Positions 15,550 through 25,054 of a DNA stretch of 25,501 nucleotides are shown here, piece after piece. A program made the position numbers and the translations under genes. Origin of the DNA: an uncultured virus (IMG/VR IMGVR_UViG_3300027907_000553) (taxonomy: Duplodnaviria; Heunggongvirae; Uroviricota; Caudoviricetes); the IMG/VR virus record IMGVR_UViG_3300027907_000553. The stretch is one strand, 5' to 3'. The stretch's first letter is position 1; the number at the start of each line of letters is the position of its first letter. The notes below the pieces were generated by a model. The model ran no database searches, was not told the DNA's origin, and was given only the letters and a program-made list of their open reading frames with translations.

Positions 15550-16953
15550 TTGCCAATCATTATCGTGCCTTTGGTGAGAATGTTCATGCCATCGCTGCTC
15601 TGGATCGGTGTTGTGGTCCTGGTCCCCCACCTCGTGCTGGCCCAGACCGTGCCCGTCATCGGCAATCAGGTGGTCCTCGGGCACGTGAACGCCTGCACCA
15701 CAGGACCGAGCGGCGGCACGGATGCCTATGCCTGCACGCTGGGCTATGCCCTCACCGCGTATCAGACGCAGGCGTGTTACCGCTTTGTGGCGGATGTCGC
15801 GAACACGGGCGCGGCGACGCTCAATCTCCACAGTCTGGGCGCCAAAGCGATTGTCAAGGTCCAGGGGGGTATCACCACGCCGCTGGCCGATAATGATATT
15901 CGCGCGGGCCAGCTGGTCGCGGTCTGTTATGACGGGACCAATATGCAGTGCCAGAATTGCAGCGGCAACGTCGGGGCGGGCGTGCCTGCAGGGAGTGTCA
16001 ACCAGGCGCAGTATAACAATGCGGGTGCCTTTGCCGGCTCCAGCGGCCAGACCCTCGATGCGACCACCGTGACGGGCTGGAGCCTGCGCGTGACGCCCAT
16101 GAGCGGGGATCTCACGCTGGGCGCAGCCCATGGCCCCATTGTCGCCTGTACCGCTGGAGCCACGGAACGCCTGGCCACCTTACCCCTCGCCGCGACGGCG
16201 ACGCAGCATCACTGGCGCCTCGTCAAAGTGGATACGGGTCCGGGCGCCTGTACGCTCACCCCGGCCGGGAGTGATACCATGAACGGTCTGGCCGCGGCGC
16301 AGCAGGCCCTCACGCGCGGCGGCTACGTCGAAGTCGAGCGGCTCTCGGCCACGGACTGGCACGCCACGGTGGGGCGCACGGCCATTGACCTCAGTACGGA
16401 CGTTACCTACGGCACGGGCATCCGCGAATCGCTCTTTCTTCCGGCGCGGGCGATGGACGTCAACGGCGCCTGTACGCTTGGGGCCGCGGCGGTCCTGGTG
16501 ACCGGCGGCCCCAAACTCCAGGCCATTACCTGCACCGACGCCGATGCGGACGGCGTGGAGGTGCACACGGTCCTGCCGGCCGGCTGGGACGGCGGCACGG
16601 TGACCCTGAAACTGGCGGCCTTCAGCCTCGGCAACAACACCGGCGAAGTCGTGCAGATGCGCTTTTCCGGGCAGTGTGTGCGGGAGGGTGACAGCGTCCA
16701 GGCGTTTGCCATTACCAGTGGGACTGCCGCGACGAGTGCCAGTAATGTGGCGGCGACCCTCACCTTTGGCAACACGGCGGCGCGCGAGCAGTTTGCTACC
16801 ACGGCGGCGCTGACGTTGGCGGGTACCTGTGCTGGCGGGGCGCATGTCTATCTGCGGGGCTTTGTGAACGCGACGGCCACGACGCTCACGCCGATGAGTG
16901 ACGTCAAAGTGCTCGGCGTGACGCTCACCTATACCCGGTGGGCCAACGATTAG
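15550..16953 (+). CDS. Fibre-like structural protein with signal-peptide-like N-terminus
   Basis: ANTGAATLNLHSLGAKAI...DIRAGQLVAVCYDG fibre module; hydrophobic N-terminus ending VLA-Q; start uncertain (15550, 15580 or 15586). Confidence 0.7.
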   Translation: MPIIIVPLVRMFMPSLLWIGVVVLVPHLVLAQTVPVIGNQVVLGHVNACTTGPSGGTDAYACTLGYALTAYQTQACYRFVADVANTGAATLNLHSLGAKAIVKVQGGITTPLADNDIRAGQLVAVCYDGTNMQCQNCSGNVGAGVPAGSVNQAQYNNAGAFAGSSGQTLDATTVTGWSLRVTPMSGDLTLGAAHGPIVACTAGATERLATLPLAATATQHHWRLVKVDTGPGACTLTPAGSDTMNGLAAAQQALTRGGYVEVERLSATDWHATVGRTAIDLSTDVTYGTGIRESLFLPARAMDVNGACTLGAAAVLVTGGPKLQAITCTDADADGVEVHTVLPAGWDGGTVTLKLAAFSLGNNTGEVVQMRFSGQCVREGDSVQAFAITSGTAATSASNVAATLTFGNTAAREQFATTAALTLAGTCAGGAHVYLRGFVNATATTLTPMSDVKVLGVTLTYTRWAND

Positions 16954-16961
16954 GAGACCCG

Positions 16962-19250
16962 ATGCCACGTGTATTCCTGGCGCTCCTCACCCTGCTCCTG
17001 GGCGTCCCCGGCCTGCTCCTGGCGCAGCCGCTGGCCGGACAGACCGTGAGCCTGGCCGTGCCCGTGGTCGTCAGCCCGACGACCGCGATCAGTGTCCAGG
17101 TGGCGGGCAATACGTCCTGTACCACGACGGATTGGGTGGGGCTCTTTGCCGTAGGCAGTGCATCCTCGGCGGGGACGCGCCTCGCCTGGCAGTATCTCAA
17201 TGGCTCGACCACCCCGCCAGGCGTCTGCCTGAGTAGTGCCACCCTGTTTTTTACCTCCCCCGCCACGCCGGGCAATTATGAGGTGCGCTTTTTCCCCAGT
17301 GGGAGCTTTACGCCGAGTGCTCAGAGTCTCCTGGTGGGGGTGACGCCTGCGCCGCTCGTCACGAGCGGTTCCGGTTGGCCGACCCCGCCTACCGCCACGG
17401 TCACCTCCTTGTGTGGTGCGGTCTACAGCCCCGGCCATGCCAACTGGCTTACATTTGCGAGTTATGCCCCGGCCACGGACGGGAGTGCCGATATTGCGGC
17501 CAAACTCACGACCGCCATGGCCGATGCCATCGCCACGAACAAATGCCTGCATCTCCCGGCGGGGATCTATCTCCTCACGACGGACGTGACGCGCAATATC
17601 GCCAGCGGCGAGAAGCTGGTCCTCGCCGGAACGCCGGGGACGACGCTCAAGCGCACGGGTGATACTGGCGCCCTGGGCTTTGCCGCCCCGCTCATCACGA
17701 CGAAAACCCTCACCGCGACGGTCGCGGTGAGCGATGACGGGGTCACCGTGAACAATACGACCGGCATCCAGGTGGGGGACATCGTCGAAGTCCAGACGGC
17801 GATGAATATGTCACCGGGGACCGGCTGGGCGCACGCGATGTTTGAATACGCCCGCGTGGGGGCGCTCACGGGCACGCGCATCACGTTTGCCGAGGACTGG
17901 AAAACCAATTACCGGTTTCACCCCAAACGCGCCCTCACCTACCGGATGGACGGGGTGGCGAGTAGCCTGGTCTATCCGCTCTACTACCTGCAATCCAGCG
18001 AAGTGGTGGTGACCGGCGGCCCCGGCTATAGCCTGGTGGATGAAACCGGCTACTGTCGCGCCAGTGGCTGCACGGTCAGCTTTCACCAAACGCCGGCGGC
18101 GGGGACCCTCGTCACGGTGCAAACGACCTCCGACATTCCGGTCAACATCTACCGCGGTGGCACGCTGCTGCTCGACACGCTGCGTTGGGAAACCCCTGGG
18201 CCCACGGCGCCCAATGCCAAAATGATTACGAGCTTTCTCATGCCCGCTGGGGCGGTGCTCCGCAACCTGAGCGTCTGGGAGGCGACCCCGGCCATGGACA
18301 GCGGCTATCCGTCGGGCGGCTGGGGCGGCAACGATTTTTTCCAACCCGGTCTCGTGGGCGCGCTCCTGGAGTCCATTACCATTCAGGGTGGGCGCTATGG
18401 CATTTTTCCCTACGGACGTGGCAATGTGATCCGCAATATCGTGGGCTACCAGACCTGGCATACCGTCTCGATCGCGTTTGCCACGAGTCACACCTATGTG
18501 GATGGGGTGGCGAGCGATCGCTGTACGGTAGGAACGGACGGCCACATGGCGCAGTTCTACTTTGTCCGGAACAGCGTGGCAACCCGCTGCCTGGGTGGCG
18601 TCAATCACCGCGCCAGTGCTGGCAGCCTGCAAAACGTCTCTGCCGAAGCCGGGACCCCGTCCCAATTGGGCATGGGCGCGCAACAGGGCCTCATTGTGAA
18701 TGATCCGCTGCGGGCCAACCCGCTGGATAATCCTATCAGTGTCTATGACGTGTCGGTCACCCCAACCGCCACCAATGATATCGTCCTCGAAGATCTCCGC
18801 CTCGTGGGCGTGAACGTGAGCGGGAGTTATCTGCGTGCCCTCACGCTGCGGCGCGTCACGACCGATCAAGGTATCGACATTGATGGCGCCTGGCCGGCCC
18901 CGGTCTGGTCGCTCGTGATGGACACCGTGACCTCGGCCCTCGAAGTCAATGTACGGACGGCCATACGGTGGACCATTACCGGGCTCACAGCGCCCAGTCT
19001 GCGCACCAGTTGGGGTGGGGAAAACGGCTCCCTCCTGGCGAGCAGCGTGCTCAGTGGTGCCGGAGGTGCCTATCTCCTGGATGATACGGGCCATCTCGTG
19101 CGCGAGGCGCGGGACGTCACGTTTACCCAGGCGCAGCGCCTCTTTAACGCGCCTAGCGGGGACGCCCCCTACTGGCGCTTTCTGCGTTCGACCTTTGATG
19201 CGAACCTGCGCCCCCCGGCGATGCCGGCCCCGGTCGGGCGCGTGCGCTAA
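16962..19250 (+). CDS. Tailspike/depolymerase-like parallel beta-helix protein with Ig-like N-domain and signal-peptide-like leader
   Basis: MPRVFLALLTLLLG...LLA-Q; DWVGLF...WQY...GNYEVRFF; DGSAD.AAKL..A......LHLPAGIY; SD AGGAG. Confidence 0.7.
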   Translation: MPRVFLALLTLLLGVPGLLLAQPLAGQTVSLAVPVVVSPTTAISVQVAGNTSCTTTDWVGLFAVGSASSAGTRLAWQYLNGSTTPPGVCLSSATLFFTSPATPGNYEVRFFPSGSFTPSAQSLLVGVTPAPLVTSGSGWPTPPTATVTSLCGAVYSPGHANWLTFASYAPATDGSADIAAKLTTAMADAIATNKCLHLPAGIYLLTTDVTRNIASGEKLVLAGTPGTTLKRTGDTGALGFAAPLITTKTLTATVAVSDDGVTVNNTTGIQVGDIVEVQTAMNMSPGTGWAHAMFEYARVGALTGTRITFAEDWKTNYRFHPKRALTYRMDGVASSLVYPLYYLQSSEVVVTGGPGYSLVDETGYCRASGCTVSFHQTPAAGTLVTVQTTSDIPVNIYRGGTLLLDTLRWETPGPTAPNAKMITSFLMPAGAVLRNLSVWEATPAMDSGYPSGGWGGNDFFQPGLVGALLESITIQGGRYGIFPYGRGNVIRNIVGYQTWHTVSIAFATSHTYVDGVASDRCTVGTDGHMAQFYFVRNSVATRCLGGVNHRASAGSLQNVSAEAGTPSQLGMGAQQGLIVNDPLRANPLDNPISVYDVSVTPTATNDIVLEDLRLVGVNVSGSYLRALTLRRVTTDQGIDIDGAWPAPVWSLVMDTVTSALEVNVRTAIRWTITGLTAPSLRTSWGGENGSLLASSVLSGAGGAYLLDDTGHLVREARDVTFTQAQRLFNAPSGDAPYWRFLRSTFDANLRPPAMPAPVGRVR

Positions 19251-19278
19251 CGGTGTCGATGCTCTAGGAGAACGCCCG

Positions 19279-19788
19279 ATGGAGTGGACGGAGGCGAACC
19301 TCGACAAGCTTGCGGCCGACATTGCGGCAGACCCGGTGCTCGGGGCGCTGCCGCACAACGGCGATAGCGCCGTGGTGGTCGCCGAGGCGTACAACCTGGC
19401 CGCCGCCCCGGACTTCTGGGTGTGGAAGACGGCCATCCAGGAGCAAGAGGTGTATGAGTCGAGCGTGGGCGGTGCCAGTTGGAGTTGGCAAACCTACAAG
19501 GCGCAGACCGTGCAAGACCGAGACTCGTGGGCGCGCATGTGGTCACCGGGCGGGGTGAACCCGTCGCTCCAGCAGACCCGCGATGGCTGGCTGGCGATCT
19601 TTGGGGGCCAGGGCGCCTCGCAAGTCCAAGTCAACTATTTGCTGGCCCTGGGGCGGCGGCAGGCCACCCGCACGGAGAAACTCTACGCGAGTACCGCACA
19701 AGGGGCAGGCACCACGGCGGCCCCGGCTACGATGGTCTTTGAGGGGCTGCTCACCCCCTCGCTAGTGGAGCAAGCATGGGCGGAATGA
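19279..19788 (+). CDS. Hypothetical virion-associated protein
   Basis: SD AGGAG; coupled to the next gene by ATGA. Confidence 0.75.
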   Translation: MEWTEANLDKLAADIAADPVLGALPHNGDSAVVVAEAYNLAAAPDFWVWKTAIQEQEVYESSVGGASWSWQTYKAQTVQDRDSWARMWSPGGVNPSLQQTRDGWLAIFGGQGASQVQVNYLLALGRRQATRTEKLYASTAQGAGTTAAPATMVFEGLLTPSLVEQAWAE

Positions 19789-20564
19789 GGGACTACGACC
19801 GCGCCGAGCGCCTTGCCGATGAGGCAGACGTTCAGATCAGGCTCGACTGCTACTGCCATACGTGCAAGCTGTGGCACAAGCCAGGGCCGCAGACTCCAGA
19901 GGGCTTCAGCCGAGAGTTGTGGGAGTGGCATGCCAAGCACGTCGGGCATGACTTTGAGTTTCTCTCCACCCGCCGGCGACTGCCCAGGCGCTTCCGGGAC
20001 TGGTTCTGGCAAAAGATGGGATATGCGCCGTGGTATGTCGAATACGGGGAAAATACGAATTTCAAATTGGCCTATAGTTCGGCGACAGCGATTACGATTA
20101 CGCTCGGGTCGCTCGCCGCCTCCTCGACCTGGATTTCGGGCCGCGACGCGGTGGCGATTGATAATACCAGCGCCCGCAATATCGACTCCGAGATTACCGC
20201 CCGGATTGTGACGGGCACCACGCCCGCCGTGGACTCAGAAATTCGCATTTACGGCGTCCAGGCCCTCTTTCCTGATACCACGGTGGTGTGGCCCGATACG
20301 ATCCTGGGCACCAACGCGGGGACGATCAACCTCACCAGCGCGTACACGCGCGATGGCGGGATCAAGCCTCTCCTCGGCGCGACAGCGGTCTCGGCGACCA
20401 CCGGGGTCACGTACCCGATTAGCTGCCTGAGTACGGCGCAAGCCTGGGGCAAGGAGCCCAAGCGCTGGACGGTCTTTGTGACGCATAACAACACGGCGGC
20501 CTTGAATGCGACGCAGACGGCGCCTGTGATGACGTATACGAGTTCATATTTTACTGACACGTAA
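19785..20564 (+). CDS. Structural protein with N-terminal Cys/His segment
   Basis: CYCHTCKLWH...HAKHVGH followed by a Thr/Ala-rich beta domain. Confidence 0.7.
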   Translation: MRDYDRAERLADEADVQIRLDCYCHTCKLWHKPGPQTPEGFSRELWEWHAKHVGHDFEFLSTRRRLPRRFRDWFWQKMGYAPWYVEYGENTNFKLAYSSATAITITLGSLAASSTWISGRDAVAIDNTSARNIDSEITARIVTGTTPAVDSEIRIYGVQALFPDTTVVWPDTILGTNAGTINLTSAYTRDGGIKPLLGATAVSATTGVTYPISCLSTAQAWGKEPKRWTVFVTHNNTAALNATQTAPVMTYTSSYFTDT

Positions 20565-20572
20565 AGGTCTCT

Positions 20573-21448
20573 ATGCCCGCGAGTCTTGGTGTCCGCAGTC
20601 TCCAGTACGGCGCTCCCTTCAACGCCGTGGCCCCGCTCAACCGGGGCCTGGCGGCGTGGTGGATGGTGCTGCCGCTGTCGCCGGGTGGCTCGACGTGGCA
20701 TGATCTCGTCGGGCGTGCGGACGGGGTGGGGACGGGGCTCCAGCCCAGCACGGCGACGGTGGGGTGGGGTGCGACGCGGCGCCCTGGTGGCTGGGCCGAG
20801 GTGCGTTTTGGCGGCGCCACCTTTGCGCAGGCTTCCCCGGTGGCGGCGCTTGATAATGCCCCGGCGTTTAGTCTGGCGGTCTGGGCGCGGCAGACGACCA
20901 CGAATGTGATCGGCTACCTGGTGAGTAAATATGCGGCGGGGGTGCAGCAGGTCGCCCTCGAAACGTGGAACGATAATAATATCTATTTTGAGATCGCCAA
21001 TGGGACCGCCGCGTATCTGAACCTGCCGTCCTATACCTCGTTTATCAGTGCCGGGGTGTGGTTTCATCTCGTCGCGGTTTTTAACGGGGCCGGTGCCACC
21101 AATGCCGAGAAGGCGCAACTCTATCTCAATGGCGTGCCGATGTCCGTGGCCTATTCCGGCACGCTGCCCACGGTCACCTATCAACTGCAAGCCAGTCCAC
21201 TCAATCTCGGGCAGTATGGGCAGGGCACGCAGCGCTGGGTCGGGGCGATGGATGATGTGCGCGTCTACAACCGGGCGCTTAGTGCAAGCGAGGCGCGCGG
21301 GCTCTACAACGCCTCGCGCCAGGGCTACGCCCAGGAACTCAACTGGCTCACGTGGCCGCAGGGATGGGCGGGCGCGGTGGCGGTGGCCGCCACCAAAGCC
21401 CCACCCCCGCGTCGACAACCCTGGCGTATCTTTCGGAGGGCCGCCTAG
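20573..21448 (+). CDS. LamG/concanavalin-A-like lectin domain protein
   Basis: FSLAVW, WFHLVAVFNG, LYLNG, GAMDDVRVYNRALSASE. Confidence 0.9.
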   Translation: MPASLGVRSLQYGAPFNAVAPLNRGLAAWWMVLPLSPGGSTWHDLVGRADGVGTGLQPSTATVGWGATRRPGGWAEVRFGGATFAQASPVAALDNAPAFSLAVWARQTTTNVIGYLVSKYAAGVQQVALETWNDNNIYFEIANGTAAYLNLPSYTSFISAGVWFHLVAVFNGAGATNAEKAQLYLNGVPMSVAYSGTLPTVTYQLQASPLNLGQYGQGTQRWVGAMDDVRVYNRALSASEARGLYNASRQGYAQELNWLTWPQGWAGAVAVAATKAPPPRRQPWRIFRRAA

Positions 21449-21949
21449 ATGCCTCGACTCTACAAAGTGGCTGCGACGTTTACGCTCACCGCGGCGGGGG
21501 GCAATACCGACCTCCTGCAACTGAACCCGGCGACGAACAAACCCCTCCGTCTCGTAGGCTTTCGGCTTGGCAATACGACGGAAGTCGGCGATGCCGCTGA
21601 AGAGGGTTTAGAACTCCAACTGACCCATATGACGGCGACGGTGACGGATGGGACGGGGACCGGCTCCGCCACGGTGACGCCGACGACGGTGCCACGGCCG
21701 GGTATCGGCCAGGCGGCAGGCTTTACCGCGCGGGTCAACTCACCGACGGTGGCCACCAGTTCTGGCACGACGACGGTCCTGGAGTATCTCGGGTGGATTA
21801 ACCGCCTGTCGCCGCTGGAAACCTTTTACCCGGAGAACAAGTGGTGCCCGGAAGCTATCGCCGGTGAAGCGCTCATTTTGCGCATGAATACTAGTCTCAA
21901 TGATGATATGACTTTACAAATTAGTGCTTTCGTAGAAGAAGACGGCTAG
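21449..21949 (+). CDS. Hypothetical structural protein
   Basis: Abuts the LamG gene; Thr-rich beta composition. Confidence 0.75.
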   Translation: MPRLYKVAATFTLTAAGGNTDLLQLNPATNKPLRLVGFRLGNTTEVGDAAEEGLELQLTHMTATVTDGTGTGSATVTPTTVPRPGIGQAAGFTARVNSPTVATSSGTTTVLEYLGWINRLSPLETFYPENKWCPEAIAGEALILRMNTSLNDDMTLQISAFVEEDG

Positions 21950-21995
21950 AGCCCCGCTGCGGTTGCCTGGCATCTGACTCCCAGGATGTCTCCCT

Positions 21996-24503
21996 ATGGC
22001 GCTATGGATTGTCGTTCGTCGTCGTCGCCTGCGTCAGCTGCGGCGCTTTGTGCCCACGCAGCGCCCACTGACCGCGACGACGACGCTGACGCAGGCGGCC
22101 CAGACGCTTTCCGCCACGGGCGTGCTCCCCCTGCTTGCCACCAGCAGTCTCACGCAGGCGGCGCAGACGCTGAGCAGCGCCAGCATCCTGCCGCTCGCTG
22201 GGACGAGTAGCCTCACCCAAGCCGCGCAGACGCTTTCCGCCACGGGCCAGGGAACACCCCTCCTTACCGGGACGGTGGCGGTCACCCAGGCCGCCCAAAC
22301 GCTCAGTAGTACCGCGGCGGTGGCGCTGCAGGCCACGACCGCGCTGGCGCAGGCTGCGCAGACCCTCGACGGGCTCGGGGCGCATGAAGGGCCATTGGTC
22401 CAAGGCCGTTGGCCCTTTGGGGCCCTGCTTACCACCACGATTCCTGGCGCCGTGCATGGCCTGGGGACGCCCAATCTCTTCGTGCAGGTCTATGATGCCG
22501 GGATCCCGGCATCGCAACTCCAGGCACAGGTCACCATCCATCCAACCTCCTACGACGTCCAGGTGCAGTTTGGGGCGCCGACCGCCGGGGCCGTCCTGGT
22601 GAGTGCCATGACCCAACCCGCGGCCGGGAAAGCGTTTCTCGTCGCCGATGGCGCGAGCTGGAGCTTTCCTGCCAGTGAGCATGGGCGCGGTAGTGGGTTG
22701 CTCTTTGTGCAACTCTTTGACTCTAGCGGCCTGCACGTTGAGGCGCCGATCCAGGTCACGGCGACAACCGGTGATGTCCTGGTGACCCTCCCGGCCGCGC
22801 GGGATGGGCGGATCGTCGTGGCGGCGCCCAGTAGCGTGCCCACCCCGGCTAATAGTGCGACGGTCTTTAGTAGTACCAGTGTCACGGTGTCGGCGGCCAC
22901 GCATGGACGCGGGTCGGTCAATCTCCTTGTGGCGGTCTATGACGCCGCGACACCGGCCAGACTTCTCGATGCGCCCATCACCGTGAACCCCAGTACGCAG
23001 GCCGTCACGGCGACGTTTCTCGTCACGCAGGCAGGGACGCTGATTATTGGGGGTGGCGCGGCCCTCGGGGCGGGCGCCGTCAGCGTGACGCAAGGCGCCC
23101 AGACATGCAGTAGTACGGGGACGCTCGCGCTCCAAGCGACGGGTGCCCTGACGCAGGCGGCGCAGACCGCGACGAGTACGGGCACGCTGCCCCTCCAGGC
23201 GGCGGCCACGCTCGCCCAGGCGGCGCAGACGGCGAGCAGTACGGGCGCGCTGCGGGTGCAGGGTACGAGCAGTGTGACGCAGGCGGCCCAGACCCTGACG
23301 AGTACCGGGACGCTGCCGCTGACGGGAACCAGTGCGCTGACGCAGGCGGCGCAGACAGTAAGCAGTATCGGAGGCTCCCAGGCTCTCGGGCTGGTGGCGC
23401 TCACGCAGGCCGCCCAAACGCTCACGAGTACGGGTGTTCTGCCGCTGGCGGGTACCAGTGCTCTGACACAAGCCGCGCAGACGGTGACGAGTACCGGCTT
23501 CATGCTGCGTCTTGGGACCCTTGCGGTCACGCAAGCCGCCCAGACGCTTGTGAGTACGGGCGTGTTGCCGCTGGCGGGCACGAGCAGTCTCGCCCAGGCG
23601 GCGCAGACGCTCGCCAGTACGGGAGCGCTGTGGCTTGCCGCGACGACCAGCCTGACGCAGGCCGCCCAGACGGTGACGAGTACCGGCGGCACGGCGCTGC
23701 AAGGGAGCGCTGCGCTCACCCAGGCCCCGCAGAGTCTGACGAGCACGGGTGTCCTGGGGCTGACGGGAAGTGTCACGGTCAGTCAGGCACCACAGGTGAG
23801 CAGTAGTACCGGAGCGCTGTCTGTGGCAGGCACGCTCACAGTGACGCAAGCCGCACAGATAGCGAGTAGTACCGGCACGCTTGTCGTTGGCGCGAGTGTT
23901 ACAGTCCTCCAGGCCGCTCAGACGCTTACTAGTACGGCGGTGGCGCTTCTCACCGGGACTGTCGCACTCAGTCAGGCCGATCAAACGGGGACGAGTACGG
24001 GGGCCCTCGCCATTGCGGGCGGCGTGGCGGTCACACAGGCTGCTCAGAGCCTCAGTAGTACAAGCTTCCTGATAAATCCGGCCTCGGGCGCCGCGCTCCT
24101 GACGCAGGAGGCCCAGAGCAGTGTGGCGACGGGTAGCCTGCGACTCGTTGGGATGGCAACCCTCAGCCAGGAAGCGCAGAGCCTCGCCGCCACGGGTGCC
24201 CTGCGGCTTCTTGGCACGGCGACGGTCAGCCAGGAGGCGCAGAGCCTCGCCGCCGCAGGTATCCTGGTGCTCGGCGGGACGGCAACCATCAGTCAGGAGC
24301 CGCAGACTCTTGTGAGTCAGGGGGTCATCGCCCTGACTGCGACGGGGCTACTCGTGCAAGCCGCGCAGACCGTCATGGCGGAAGCGATAAGTATTCCTGT
24401 CCCTGAAGTCGTTCGAGGCGCCCAGGGGGCCTTGACCCATGCCACCACGAGCGTCATGGGCTTGCGCCGCACGGGTCTCGGGCAAACTCCTCTTTTAAGG
24501 TGA
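21996..24503 (+). CDS. Long repetitive fibre-like protein (about 26 x 21-aa QAAQT repeats plus 3 H-G-x-G..V(Y/F)D modules)
   Basis: Repeats visible in the protein and as 63-bp DNA periodicity. Confidence 0.85.
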   Translation: MALWIVVRRRRLRQLRRFVPTQRPLTATTTLTQAAQTLSATGVLPLLATSSLTQAAQTLSSASILPLAGTSSLTQAAQTLSATGQGTPLLTGTVAVTQAAQTLSSTAAVALQATTALAQAAQTLDGLGAHEGPLVQGRWPFGALLTTTIPGAVHGLGTPNLFVQVYDAGIPASQLQAQVTIHPTSYDVQVQFGAPTAGAVLVSAMTQPAAGKAFLVADGASWSFPASEHGRGSGLLFVQLFDSSGLHVEAPIQVTATTGDVLVTLPAARDGRIVVAAPSSVPTPANSATVFSSTSVTVSAATHGRGSVNLLVAVYDAATPARLLDAPITVNPSTQAVTATFLVTQAGTLIIGGGAALGAGAVSVTQGAQTCSSTGTLALQATGALTQAAQTATSTGTLPLQAAATLAQAAQTASSTGALRVQGTSSVTQAAQTLTSTGTLPLTGTSALTQAAQTVSSIGGSQALGLVALTQAAQTLTSTGVLPLAGTSALTQAAQTVTSTGFMLRLGTLAVTQAAQTLVSTGVLPLAGTSSLAQAAQTLASTGALWLAATTSLTQAAQTVTSTGGTALQGSAALTQAPQSLTSTGVLGLTGSVTVSQAPQVSSSTGALSVAGTLTVTQAAQIASSTGTLVVGASVTVLQAAQTLTSTAVALLTGTVALSQADQTGTSTGALAIAGGVAVTQAAQSLSSTSFLINPASGAALLTQEAQSSVATGSLRLVGMATLSQEAQSLAATGALRLLGTATVSQEAQSLAAAGILVLGGTATISQEPQTLVSQGVIALTATGLLVQAAQTVMAEAISIPVPEVVRGAQGALTHATTSVMGLRRTGLGQTPLLR

Positions 24504-24508
24504 TTCCT

Positions 24509-24904
24509 ATGGCTGACATACCCTTGCTCCCCGCCACACTTTTGGAAGGCACGACCGGCATCTATACCTTTACGCTGCTTAGTGAAAGTGGCGGGGCAAT
24601 TCCTATCGGTGTGCTCGATACGCTGACGCTCACCTATTACGATGTGGCCAGTGGCCTCATCGTTAATGGGCGCACGAGCCAGAATACACTGAATGCGAAC
24701 GATGTGACCGTTGTTACTGACGTCGGCCCGCCCGCGGTGACGACCGTGACATGGCTGCTTCAGCCTGCCGATACGCAGATGATTGAACCCAACTTGCGGC
24801 ACGAATACCGCGTCATTCAATTTCGGTGGTCGTGGGAGGGAGGCACGCGGTACGGCGCCTATCAGGTGCAGTTTGCGGTGGAAAATATGGCCTTTGTGGT
24901 GTAA
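24509..24904 (+). CDS. BppU-N-like adaptor / structural protein
   Basis: EGTT..YTFTL....G..IP...LTLTYYD pattern; SD AAGGTGA. Confidence 0.6.
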   Translation: MADIPLLPATLLEGTTGIYTFTLLSESGGAIPIGVLDTLTLTYYDVASGLIVNGRTSQNTLNANDVTVVTDVGPPAVTTVTWLLQPADTQMIEPNLRHEYRVIQFRWSWEGGTRYGAYQVQFAVENMAFVV

Positions 24905-24945
24905 GACGTGGCCTGCAGTTTTGGGCTGGTTCCTGTGAGCCAGGT

Positions 24946-25054
24946 GTGCTAGAGTCATGGTACCCTGGAAGGGATTGAAAGGAAGGGATTGAAACGCCTT
25001 TGGGTGGCACATGCCGCCGTTCATAAGCTGCTGTTCCCTGCAAGGGATTTAAAT
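24946..25054 (+). CRISPR. Degenerate two-repeat CRISPR-like mini-array
   Basis: 36-nt units GTGCTAGAGTCATGGTACCCTGGAAGGGATTGAAAG (24946-24981) and GTTCATAAGCTGCTGTTCCCTGCAAGGGATTTAAAT (25019-25054), 37 nt apart, last 22 nt 18/22 identical; intergenic. Confidence 0.55.

Noticed and set aside
22002..23984. 660-aa minus-strand ORF and other long antisense ORFs (17811-19436, 20249-21520, 6220-7299)
   Set aside because: Shadow frames of GC-rich + strand genes, with no recognisable motifs
22080..24380. 63-bp periodic DNA repeats as a CRISPR or other non-coding array
   Set aside because: In frame, vary at synonymous positions and are fully explained by the 21-aa protein repeat
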